Shown: piece by piece, positions 11,411 to 21,302 of the stretch | Layout: each line of letters starts with the position of its first letter | How positions within the stretch are numbered: the stretch's first letter is position 1 | Assembly (NCBI GenBank): GCA_028534125.1 | Contig: CM052816.1 | Location: 1,302,001 to 1,366,000, forward strand | Reading direction: 5' to 3' | DNA: 64,000 nt | Source: Lama glama | Lineage: Eukaryota | The notes under the pieces: generated by a model | Database searches by the model: none | Told to the model about the DNA's origin: nothing | What the model saw: the letters and a program-made list of their open reading frames with translations, nothing else | Position numbers and translations under genes: made by a program

Positions 11411-13299
11411 TTATGAAGTAGCTGTTGGGTGGCAGAACGAAGATGAACACGGCACTGTGATGGTCGCCTAAGTGGGCTTGCTTGAATAGCCCCTCAGCCT
11501 GAATGTGTTGTGGCCTGCAGTGTGGCCTGCATCTTAGGTACCCTGAAAGCACCTGTGGAAGCTTCAGGTCATACTGGTGAGGTGTAACGGTCCCCTTTTA
11601 ATAAGGTAGGATGGTATTTATATTTCACTAGGGAATGAGGTAACTAGGAGTTGTTTTCAGAGTCTGTTGTTCAGAGTTGTTTCAGATGCTGGGGGGTGTG
11701 TCTCGTCTTTCCATCCCAGTAATCCCCTGCCGCAGATCAGGCGGCTTGTGAGGAAATACGGGCTTTGTCCAGAGAAGAAAGTTACAGTCTCATTAGGGAA
11801 ATTTAGTCCTTGTAGTCTCTCTGCTTCTTATCTGCTTTTAAAACAGAATTGAAAAGGGCTAACCTTTGAGAATGACACATATCAAAGTTAGGGAAAGGAG
11901 AATGTTTTTGTGTTCTTTGTACATATTAAATGATGGGGCCAGGCTGGTATACCTGAGCTTCAGTTTTTAGTAGAGTGATTTACACCGTTGGTCCCATCAC
12001 TATACAATCAGAAGCCTTCACTGGCCTTGTCTTGTTAAGACTAGTATTCTCCATCCACCACGCTCCACCCAGCCCTCCCTTATGCACTCACCAGCACGTC
12101 CTCTTTTTCTGCCAGATGGATGCTCTGTTTTATTTGCTTGTTGAAGTGAATCCGTACTTGTCTTCCCTGGAGGAAGGAATCGGGTTGCTGCATCTTTCCC
12201 CTCCTCGTTGGATTTTTACCACACCTGCTCAGTGTTTCACTCTTTTGAACCAACTTAAATGGGTCACCAACATTCAGAAATGGGCAACCACTCTCCACCA
12301 CTCTTATTTTGCTTTTCACTTCACTTAAATCATCCCGGTTTCCTGCAAAGCTCACTGCTTAGTCACTAATCCCCATTGCTCTCCATCCCTCTAGTCTGTA
12401 GCTTCTTTCCGCAGTGACTACAGCATTCTGGTCTCACCTACTGAAGTTGGGTCCTAGGACTGGGACCTAGTTTTATCCTGACTAATTAGGGTACTTGTAT
12501 TTGAATATAGATTTTGTGCTTAGTGGTCCTTGGGGTGAGTTGTTGGCACTTATGCTTAAGTAGAACAGATTTTCTTTTTTATATACTTTAAAGTTTTGAT
12601 GGAACTGAGTATAAACTAAGATTAAGATTATACTGTTTAGAATAAATAGTTTTTAAAACTATTTTGAAATAATTTCAAAGCAGAAAACTCAAACTCTTTA
12701 GATTCATTAATTTTCAACATTTTGATATATTTGCTTTATCATTCTTTATGTGAACACATTTTTTCCCTTGAACTATTTGCCAGTAGGTTACATACATGAT
12801 TCTCCTTTACCCCTTAACACTTGAGCATGTATTTCCTAAGATCAAAGATACTCCCGTACATAACCACAAGATGGTTTTCAAATTCTGGAAATGTTGTTAA
12901 GAGAACTTTTATTTGTCTAGTGACTCATATTTCATTATTTTATCAGTTTTGCCAAAAATGTCCTCCAGTGAATGACCATGTATGGCACTTAGTTGCAGTA
13001 TGACATAGGATGTAAGTATATAATAGAGACTCGATTTAGGTTTGTCTGGTACTTGCTCAGGAGAGGCTCAGGTTAAACCGGCGGTGTTGTGAGCTCAGGT
13101 ACCACACCTGCAGGCGTGTGGTAGTCGTGTGCCCTCACCGCTGATGTCCACTTGGATCCTCCCTCAGCTCAGGGTGTTGTCCTCTTATTCTCCAGTGTAA
13201 TTACTGTTTCCCTTGTGCTAATGATTCCTTTACTACCATGAAAATAAACTGCTCTCATCAAACTTACCCCTCTACATTAGATAGATATACAATTAAAGA

Positions 13300-13905
13300 C
13301 TTTTTTCAATTGTGGTAAAAAAAAAATACATAGAATATACCATCTTAATCATTTTAAGTGCATATAGTTCAGCAGTGTTAAGTACATTCACATTGTTGTG
13401 AGGCAGATCTCCAGAAATTTTTTATCTTGTAGAACTAAAACTATACTCATTAAACAACTGCCAATTTTCCCTCCCAAGGCCCCGGCAACATCCATTCTAC
13501 TTTTTTTTTGTTTTGAAGAAAAACTTTAATTGCTGTTGCAAACATCTGTATGAAGCAGAAATTGGTTTTAATATCCATTCTACTTTTTATTTCTATGAAT
13601 TCCACTACTTTAGATGTATAAATGGAATCTTAATTTCACTTAGCACATTTTCAAGGTTCACCGTGTTGTAGCACATGACAGAATTTCCTTTTTGAGGCTG
13701 AATAATATTGCATTGTCTGTATGTACCACATTTTGTTTATCCATTTGTTGATAGGCATTTGGGTTGTTCCCATCCACCTTTTGGCTGTTGTGAATTGCTG
13801 CTGTGTACATGAGTGTGCGATATCTCTTTGAGCCCTTGTTCTGAATTGTTTTGGATATATACCCAGAAGTGGGTCTGCTAGGTTGTATTGAATTTTTTGA
13901 GGCAT
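13300..13905 (-). mobile_element. Old L1 LINE 3' fragment (end of ORF2 plus 3' UTR), interrupted by a short retrocopy
   Basis: Minus-strand remnants of the L1 ORF2 C-terminus (DPLLGIYPK, INKWINKMWYIQTMQYYSA) and typical L1 3' UTR sequence. Confidence 0.8.
13506..13572 (-). pseudogene. Micro-retrocopy of an unidentified polyadenylated transcript 3' end
   Basis: Flanked by the 16-bp direct repeat ATCCATTCTACTTTTT (13490-13505, 13573-13588); minus-strand ATTAAA (13525-13530) just upstream of an A-rich tail. Confidence 0.65.
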
Positions 13906-14814
13906 AGACGTACATTTTTACTTACAAAATTTTCTATTGCATGTAGCTGACTATTTTATTTGTCCTGAGATTAAACTTTGACATAATAACCAGTCTCAGA
14001 TGCAATGTGAACCAGAGTAAGCTTGCTTCACTTTTCCCTGGTTTATGATTTAACCTGTTGCTAATTCAAGGAAGGAGACAGTTTCTGAAAACTTCTGGTT
14101 GAAATGAAATAATCTAGGTATTAATTGCATATAATTTTTTCCTATCATTCTTTTAGAGAATGGAATTCTAGGGGGGAGAGGAGTCTTGGTCTTTGTTGAT
14201 CTATTTATTAGGGAGGTTTGGTACAGACAGAACACTGGGGCCTGTCTCAACTCTTTTTCTTTTTTCCCAACTAACCCTCTTGAACTTATTTTCTGAGCAT
14301 TTGCTTCACATTTACATCAGCTGAAGATTCTTAATTTTCTCTTGCCTTAACACAAAATAACTAATTAAGCCTCAGTATTCTCCCTCCTCAAAATTTTGGC
14401 AGTCATTACTCTTAAATTGTTAAGATGATAGCTAGGTTTAAAACTTTTCATAGATTCACAGGAATTTGCAAAGATAGTCCAGAGAGGTCTCTCGTACCTT
14501 TTACCTAGTTTTCCCCTGAAGCTATTTTTAATTAAGCCATAAGCCTGAATATTTTTCCTTTAGAATTTTTGGGTAGTGGTTACAGAAGACTGTGAGTGGG
14601 TAAGCGCTGGAATGAGTCACTAATACAGTAATAAATACCCTCATAAAGCACAAAGAAGGGGAGGGGCAAGAGGAGAGAGATTTGAGTCTTATTACTCAAC
14701 TCCTGAAGTATTTGTAAAGAGTTCTTATAGAAGAAACAGAAACAGTAGATACTAGTCAGCCTTCTATGGGACATAAATATCTTCACCTTAGAAAAAGCTA
14801 AAGCAGACGTGCTT

Positions 14815-14952
14815 GCTGAAAATTCAGATCCAGGGTTCCAGCCTAGGAGTCTTAACCTTTCAGTCTTGGGGCAGGGCTTAAGAATCTCCATTTTCAATCA
14901 CCACTGAGTGTTGTGTTGCAGATTCCTACCGACTATACTTGAGAAATTACAT
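14815..14952. mobile_element. MER5-like hAT DNA transposon fragment
   Basis: 'aaaattcagatccagggttccagcc...gtcttggggcagggcttaagaatctccattttcaa...actttgagaaa' pattern. Confidence 0.45.
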
Positions 14953-15072
14953 TTTAGGATTTTTAAGAGACCATAGTTTTGTTGCTACTTTATATTCTTA
15001 TTAAGGTTACGGTTTCATAAGTCAAACTTGAGCATAGTTACACATGTACTTTACCTATGGACCCATACCCAT

Positions 15073-15096
15073 ACACACACACACACACACACACAC
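15073..15096. repeat. (CA)n microsatellite
   Basis: About 12 AC units read directly. Confidence 0.95.
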
Positions 15097-15475
15097 GTGA
15101 AACAGATTCACTGCAGTCACATATATTTACACTCTGATTTATTGAAATCACAGTTGTGACCCCTGAAATTGAGTCGCCATGCCCTGTTTGAAAACATGGC
15201 TCTGGTACTAAGTATTGTCCATGGATGAGTAACAGCATGATGGCTGAGATGGAGGAGGACATTGATTCCTTTTCCTCTTTATCTTTTTGGTTCCTTTGAG
15301 GAAGTTTTATTATTACTTCAAAATATTTTCCTGCTTTTGCCAATTTAGCCCCCACATTTACCAGTTTGGCGGTTTTTTGTTTTTTTTGTTTTTTGTTTTT
15401 TTTTTTTGTTTTCATTTTCTTTTGATGCCTGCGCACTTAAGTGCCTCTCTGCTATTAAAAACATGTGATGCTTGT

Positions 15476-15599
15476 TTTTTTTTCTTTTTATTATTTTTAT
15501 TGAAGTATAGTCGATTTACAATGTTGTGTTAATTTCTGGTATACAGCACAGTGAGTCATTCGTACATATATATATTCCTTTTCGTATTCTCTTTCATTA
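15476..15599 (-). mobile_element. Short L1 3'-terminal fragment with TSD
   Basis: Poly-T followed by 'attgaagtatagtcgatttacaatgttgtgttaatttctggtatacagcacagtga'; flanked by ATGCTTGT at 15468 and 15600. Confidence 0.7.
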
Positions 15600-15746
15600 A
15601 TGCTTGTATTTTATATACTTAAGAGGGTAAGGCAAGGGAGAAAACCCCAGAAGTGAAATTAATGTTCTCATTAGACTCCATGAGGGTAAACAGAATCAGA
15701 TTCCCCAGCTTGTTTGATATAAACAGCTTTAAAATAATTGGCTGGA

Positions 15747-15867
15747 GAGGGGAAGGTGTAGCTCAGTGGTAGAGCACGTGCTTAGCATGCACAAGGTACT
15801 GGATTCAACCCCCAGTTCCTCCATTAAATAAACAGACAAACAAACAAACCGAATCCCCTCCCCCACC
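15747..15867 (+). mobile_element. tRNA-Ala-derived SINE (camelid vic-1-like)
   Basis: 'ggggaaggtgtagctcagtggtagagcacgtgcttagcatgcacaaggtactggattcaacccccag' with Pol III A/B boxes, an A-rich tail and a perfect 11-bp TSD AATTGGCTGGA (15736-15746, 15868-15878). Confidence 0.85.
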
Positions 15868-17201
15868 AATTGGCTGGATCATCCTCACATTGCAATCATA
15901 AATTAGAGGTATAGAAAGGACCCCAAACTTTGGTAAATTATTAGTTGAAAATAAGATCAGATTACTTAAATGAAGTAAATTAAGTGAAGTAAAGTTTAGC
16001 CAAGAAAAACGGCTAACATTGGCCTATGAATCCTCACCTGAATTCTTTAAGGTATGAAATATTGTTACTCGATTTTACACATGCGAAGACTGAATTTAGA
16101 GAGGTTTAGTGATGCCCAAGGATACAGTCGGTAAAGGACAACTGTGAAACTTCCCCTCAAATTGCAGTTTAGTTATTCCTAATAAAATGAGGGAAATTTG
16201 TTCTCTGTTCAGTTATGGGAACAGCATGTGAAAATGTAATGGGGCAAAATGATGGCTCCTTGTACAAGTTAGAAAATTTTATTGGTAATACAAATAGTGG
16301 TCTCTCCTGAGATGAATTAATACTGTTTTATGTAGCTCTATGTTAAAACACAAAAATAACCTTTCTTTTCCTGTCATCTTGAAAAAGTGGTTATAAGAGA
16401 AGACTAAATGCTCCTAGTCCCTTGCAATTAAGTAGCCAGGAAGCAAATATTTAGGTACCAGATGATATTGTGGAATAAAAAGTAACTTTTTTGCAAAGTC
16501 TGATACAGTGAGGAGTGTGTTCTTACTTGTGGATTAGCCCAGACCCAAACTTGCCGTGCCCTAGGTAAAGAAGGCTTTCCTCTTCCTTTGTTGTTGTATT
16601 TGCTAAAAGTTGTTGGTTTGTGGTAGCCAAGGTAACAAAAGACTTCAGAAGGAAAACCCTTTAGACATTGGAACCATATATTGGAACCAGGTATACAGGT
16701 GCTGGCTCTTCCTGTACACCTGAGTTTAGGGGTGTCTGCAGCCCTAGAAACTTAATCTTAAAATTCTTCCCAACAAAGATATTCTGTACCTTTTTGGGGC
16801 TACAAGGACATTTTAGAGAATCTGAGAACCAAGACTCATCCTCCAGAAAAACAGACCTGTACAAAACATTTGCATCTAGTAGTGTCAGGTTCTACCTGAC
16901 TGCTTGAAGCCAAGCCTTGGGTCTAAGCATCTCTGCCTTGAAGGATTGGCGTTAGAATTATATTGTGTTAAATATTGTTTGAATCAAGTAGTGCTCAAAA
17001 TTGACATGTACTTGAGATTATTTGCTAGTGTAATTTTGTTTTTATGTGTGGGAATCTGAGCACAGCAAGTTTAGATTTAAGGGGGTCTTGATGTTTAGCC
17101 CAGACAGGTTAAACCACAGTTATTGCTAAATCTACATGAGAAACAAGGTTATTGACCCGTTTTATTAGAAACTGAGGCTTGTAAAGATTTGTGTTCTGAG
17201 G

Positions 17202-17445
17202 CAGTGCTTTGCAAACTGGGTCTGGACCTGTAAGGGAGTCTTAAAATCCATTTAGTGCATTTGGCTAGCATCAAAACAAATGAAAATAGACTACAGTAGG
17301 AAAAAAAACCATTCCGTATCACATAATATAAGGTCACGTATTTAGTGAAACCTTTGCTTAGGTGTGTATTTATATATGTACATGTACATGCATGTATAAT
17401 ATACATAAACATTTTTATTGCATTGCAATGTGAAATATATATATA
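17202..17445. mobile_element. hAT-Charlie-like DNA transposon, split by the RPL22 retrocopy (remainder at about 17914-17955)
   Basis: Starts 'cagtgctttgcaaactggg', typical of a hAT terminal inverted repeat; the sequence resumes as 'aaatatttctta...aaaaagtt' after the pseudogene; subfamily not determined. Confidence 0.5.
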
Positions 17446-17447
17446 TC

Positions 17448-17913
17448 TTTTTGGTTCCTAAGTTTTATTCCAGAACTTATACAAAATATTCCAGATAATT
17501 ATGTTTTAATCCTCATCTTCCTCCTCTTATTCATCTTGATTGATCTGAAAGTAACGCAATTTTTAACTCTCTCTGCTGTTAGCAACTACGTGCAACCAAT
17601 CACATAGATTATTCTTCAGATATTTTTTGGTGAGATATTTCAGATAACTTTTGGAAAAAGGCACCTCAGAAGTTACAGTAATCTTGCTTTTGCTTCTCTC
17701 GATTGTTACAACAACTCCACTGAGATTTCCAGGTTTTCCATTCACTTTGATTCTCTCCTATAGAAACTGCTCAAAGTTGGCAGCATCCATGATTCTCTCT
17801 TCTACAGGGTGGGTGCAGTCCAGGGTAAAAGCTACAGAACCTGATTCTTTTTTTTGCCCCCCTCCGCCACAAGCTTTTTCACAGGTGCCATGGCGGCAGC
17901 GGAGGCAGAAAGG
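17448..17913 (-). pseudogene. RPL22: Processed pseudogene of 60S ribosomal protein L22 (eL22)
   Basis: Intronless; pyrimidine 5' leader; ATG at 17891; [15 protein letters not shown]...[32 protein letters not shown]...EEDED, stop at 17506; AATAAA 17464-17469 and a short A tail; premature stops at 17832, 17758, 17563 and 17527 plus a frameshift near 17830. Confidence 0.95.
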
Positions 17914-18613
17914 AAAATATTTCTTAATATATGATGTGATTTTAAAAAGTTACAAAGTCACAGTTTTATGTCTGTCTGCTTTTGAGGTAGTTTGAGTATC
18001 TGAATTTCTAATATTTTTGTGGGTTTTTCTTCAGGGGCAGATGTGGGGTGGATTAGGGCTTAAGAATTAGGGCAAAAGAGTAAAGGAACAAATGTCTTTG
18101 AATCTTGAGTGTTTAAATAATAAAGTTGAGATGGGATTTTACTGTTTTCAGTAGTTTTGGGTAGTTAAGGCTGAATTTGTTTTGTGAAGCTTTTGAAAGC
18201 TATTATAACCAGAGGAAGATGTGTAATAAATTTATAGTTGGATTTATTGGACATGTTGTCTGTAGCTGAGCGAATGTTAAATGACTTAATATCAGGTTAT
18301 CTGATAGAACATTCTTTCTGATTCAAGACTGGAAAGATCTGTTTTAAATAACGTCAGCTATTCTGGCATTGCTTAGAGCCACTATCTGAGTATTTCTCAT
18401 TGTGTTTATACGTAAAATGCAGGACCAGTGAAAAAGTGGGGAGGGCGTTGGGACTTGTGCAGGGAGGCCGTCTGTAGGTTTTTGGTTTTGCTTTTTAATG
18501 TGAAATAGTTTTCAGGAAAGGTCATACCAATAAACATTAGGTGGTGTTTCAAAAAAAACTGCACTATAGACATAAGGTAATGGCTTCTTTTTTTCCTTTC
18601 ATTTCTTTCAAAG

Positions 18614-20297
18614 GTTTGGGCCCCATGGGATTCCTGTGACAGTATTTCCCAAGAGGGAATACAAGGATAAACCTGAAGCCATGCAGCTCCAAAGTCATAC
18701 ATTCCAAGAAGGAACAGAGGTGAAGCGTGAAGTGAATGGTGCTGTTCCCGATGACCCTTCTCCTGTCCCACCTCCCGAGCTGAACTTGGCTGAACGCCTG
18801 TGGACTTCCAAACCACCACCTCTCTTCCATGAAGGAGCACCTTATCCTCCCCCTTTGTTTATCAGGGACACATATAACCAATCAATACCTCAGCCGCCGC
18901 CTCGGAAAATTAAGCGACCCAAACGAAAAATGTACAGGGAAGAACCTACTTCAATAATGAATGCTATTAAATTACGGCCCAGGCAAGTCTTATGTGACAA
19001 ATGTAAAAACAGTGTTGTTGCTGAAAAAAAAGAAACCAGAAAAGGTGGTAGTGCGAGTGACTCTTACAAATACGAAGATAAAAAACGGAGAAATGAAAGT
19101 GTAACTACTGTGAACAAAAAACTGAAAACTGACCATAAGGTGGACGGGAAAAACCAAAATGAAAGCCAGAAAAGAAACGCTGTGGTTAAGGTTTCAAATA
19201 TTGCTCACAGCAGAGGCAGAGTAGTCAAAGTTTCTGCTCAGGCAAATACATCAAAAGCTCAGTTAAGTACGAAAAAAGTGCTCCAGAGCAAGAACATGGA
19301 TCACGCGAAGGCTCGGGAAGTGCTGAAAATTGCCAAAGAAAAGGCACAGAAGAAGCAAAGTGAAACCTCTACGTCCAAAAACGCACATTCAAAAGTCCAT
19401 TTCACACGTCGGTATCAGAATCCTAGCTCAGGGTCCCTTCCACCCCGGGTCCGCTTAAAACCGCAGAGGTACAGGAATGAAGAGAACGACTCTTCCCTGA
19501 AGACAGGGCTGGAGAAAATGCGGAGCGGCAAGATGGCGCCCAAGCCCCAGTCCCGCTGCACCTCCACCCGCTCAGCAGGTGAGGCCCCTTCAGAAAATCA
19601 GAGCCCCTCCAAAGGCCCTGAAGAGGCCAGCAGTGAGGTTCAGGACACAGCTGAAGTGCCGGTGCCTGGGGAGCAGGATGAACCGCAGACACTGGGCAAA
19701 AAGGGCAGCAAAGGCGAGCTCTCTGTTTACATGCCCCTAAATCAGAAGAAGTCTGACTCTTCCAGTGCGTCAGTGTGTAGCGTTGATAGCACAGATGACC
19801 TGAAGTCCTCCAACTCTGAGTGTAGCTCTTCCGAGAGCTTTGATTGTCCTCCAGGCTGTATGCACGCACCTTCCACCTCCTCCACTTCCTCCTCTTCAAA
19901 GGAAGAGAAAAAGCTCAGTAATTCCTTGAAAATGAAAGTCTTTTCCAAAAACGTCTCTAAATGTGTCACACCAGATGGCAGGACCATATGCGTAGGGGAC
20001 ATTGTTTGGGCCAAGATATATGGCTTCCCTTGGTGGCCAGCCCGTATTCTCACTATAACTGTGAGCCGGAAAGATAACGGCCTCCTAGTCCGACAGGAGG
20101 CCCGTATTTCATGGTTCGGGTCTCCAACAACATCTTTCCTGGCTCTTTCGCAACTCTCCCCCTTTTTAGAAAACTTCCAGTCACGCTTTAATAAGAAGAG
20201 AAAGGGCCTGTACCGCAAGGCCATCACAGAGGCAGCCAAGGCTGCCAAGCAGCTGACCCCTGAGGTGCGGGCTCTGTTGACACAGTTTGAAACGTGA
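18614..20297 (+). CDS. PWWP2A: PWWP2A coding exon 2 (Lys-rich internal region, Ser-rich tract, C-terminal PWWP domain); 755 aa total with exon 1
   Basis: Polypyrimidine tract then ag|GTTTGGG at 18614; 584+1684 = 2268 nt = 755 aa plus stop; ICVGDIVWAKIYGFPWWPARI motif (PWWP codons 20028-20039); ends LLTQFET-TGA. Confidence 0.96.
19576..19584 (+). other. PWWP2A: Internal alternative 5' splice site within exon 2
   Basis: CAG|GTGAGG, near consensus, phase 1, compatible with the downstream exons at 28946 and 31379. Confidence 0.8.
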
Positions 20298-20616
20298 GCA
20301 CGGACAGTAAGGTAGGCAAGAACCTCTGGGAGGCGCCACAGAGTCTCTAGTCTAGCGAAGAGTGACTTCTATGAAACAGCATGGCCCAACTGGAGAGAGA
20401 AATTGCACTCAGTTGGCTGCTTTTTTGTACTTAACCTTATAGCCATTTTTAGACCGAGAAGCTTGAACTGAACAAGCAATCAAATTTTGTCTTAAGGAAG
20501 TGAGATTTTAGCATATTCAGTTTTGAAGTCTAAAACCATCTCAAGGCATAGGAGCCATAGCCTCAACTGAAAATGAATTTTTGCAGGGACTGTTAATTGC
20601 CATTTGTACCTAGTAC

Positions 20617-20700
20617 TGTGTGTACGTGTGTTCATATATATACACACACACACGTGCGTGTATATGCATGTGTATATACACAGGTGCACACATATAAAAT
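20617..20700. repeat. Mixed (TG)/(TA)/(CA) alternating purine-pyrimidine tract in the PWWP2A 3' UTR
   Basis: 'tgtgtgtacgtgtgttcatatatatacacacacacacgtgcgtgtatatgcatgtgtatatacac' read directly. Confidence 0.85.
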
Positions 20701-21296
20701 ATAGCCTGTCACTGTGTGACAACAGGTTGCATATTTGGGGTCATAGTAAGGGCTGGTGAGCTGGGGGTACGGTGTGGATATTTAAGGACTACTTGTCTCT
20801 TAGTTAGTGAACACTTAGTCTTTCTACGTGCATAATGGCACAGCGTTTGACACTCGGGTGTTTGGCGAGCTGAGATGCTTGCTGTTGAGTTTCAGACTGG
20901 GCAGATAGCCCGGTATTTGGGATTAAGACTGTTAAGGCTGGGTAGGTTTGAATCATCACTCTCTCTCTTTTGTCCAATGGGGACTTAACAAAAACTTTCA
21001 GACTTCACGGTTTGGGAGTTCAGATAGGTTTGTCTTTGGATGTGTAAATAGTTGATTGCTAAATCTGGTCAGATTTCTCCTGACTGACTGGCTGTTCCTA
21101 AATTCTTAGGATACATCCTGGTAAATTACACTTTGTGAATTAATTGTTATATGTGTAATTGTTGCATTTTGGATGTGTACCTAGTTTGATAATTTTTAAA
21201 AAAATATTTCCATTTAAGGTATCTGTTTGCAGGTCAGAAAATGAGAAACTGTAATTGTGTAATGCTCTGAAATGTAAAAAAAAAAAACAAGCTGTA

Positions 21297-21302
21297 AATA
21301 AA
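21297..21302 (+). terminator. PWWP2A: Candidate polyadenylation signal of the PWWP-containing isoform
   Basis: AATAAA about 1 kb after the stop, with upstream TGTA elements and a downstream GU-rich 'ttatttgtgtgtgtttct'. Confidence 0.6.

Noticed and set aside
15749..15822. Possible tRNA-Ala(AGC) gene
   Set aside because: Mismatched stems, an A-rich tail, a flanking TSD and related copies elsewhere identify it as a SINE
17563..17745. 60-aa ORF resembling ribosomal protein L22 as a functional gene
   Set aside because: Fragment between premature stops of a frameshifted, intronless retrocopy
19423..20248. Antisense ORFs of 158 and 168 aa over exon 2
   Set aside because: Reverse-frame shadows of the PWWP2A CDS with no independent promoter or splice support
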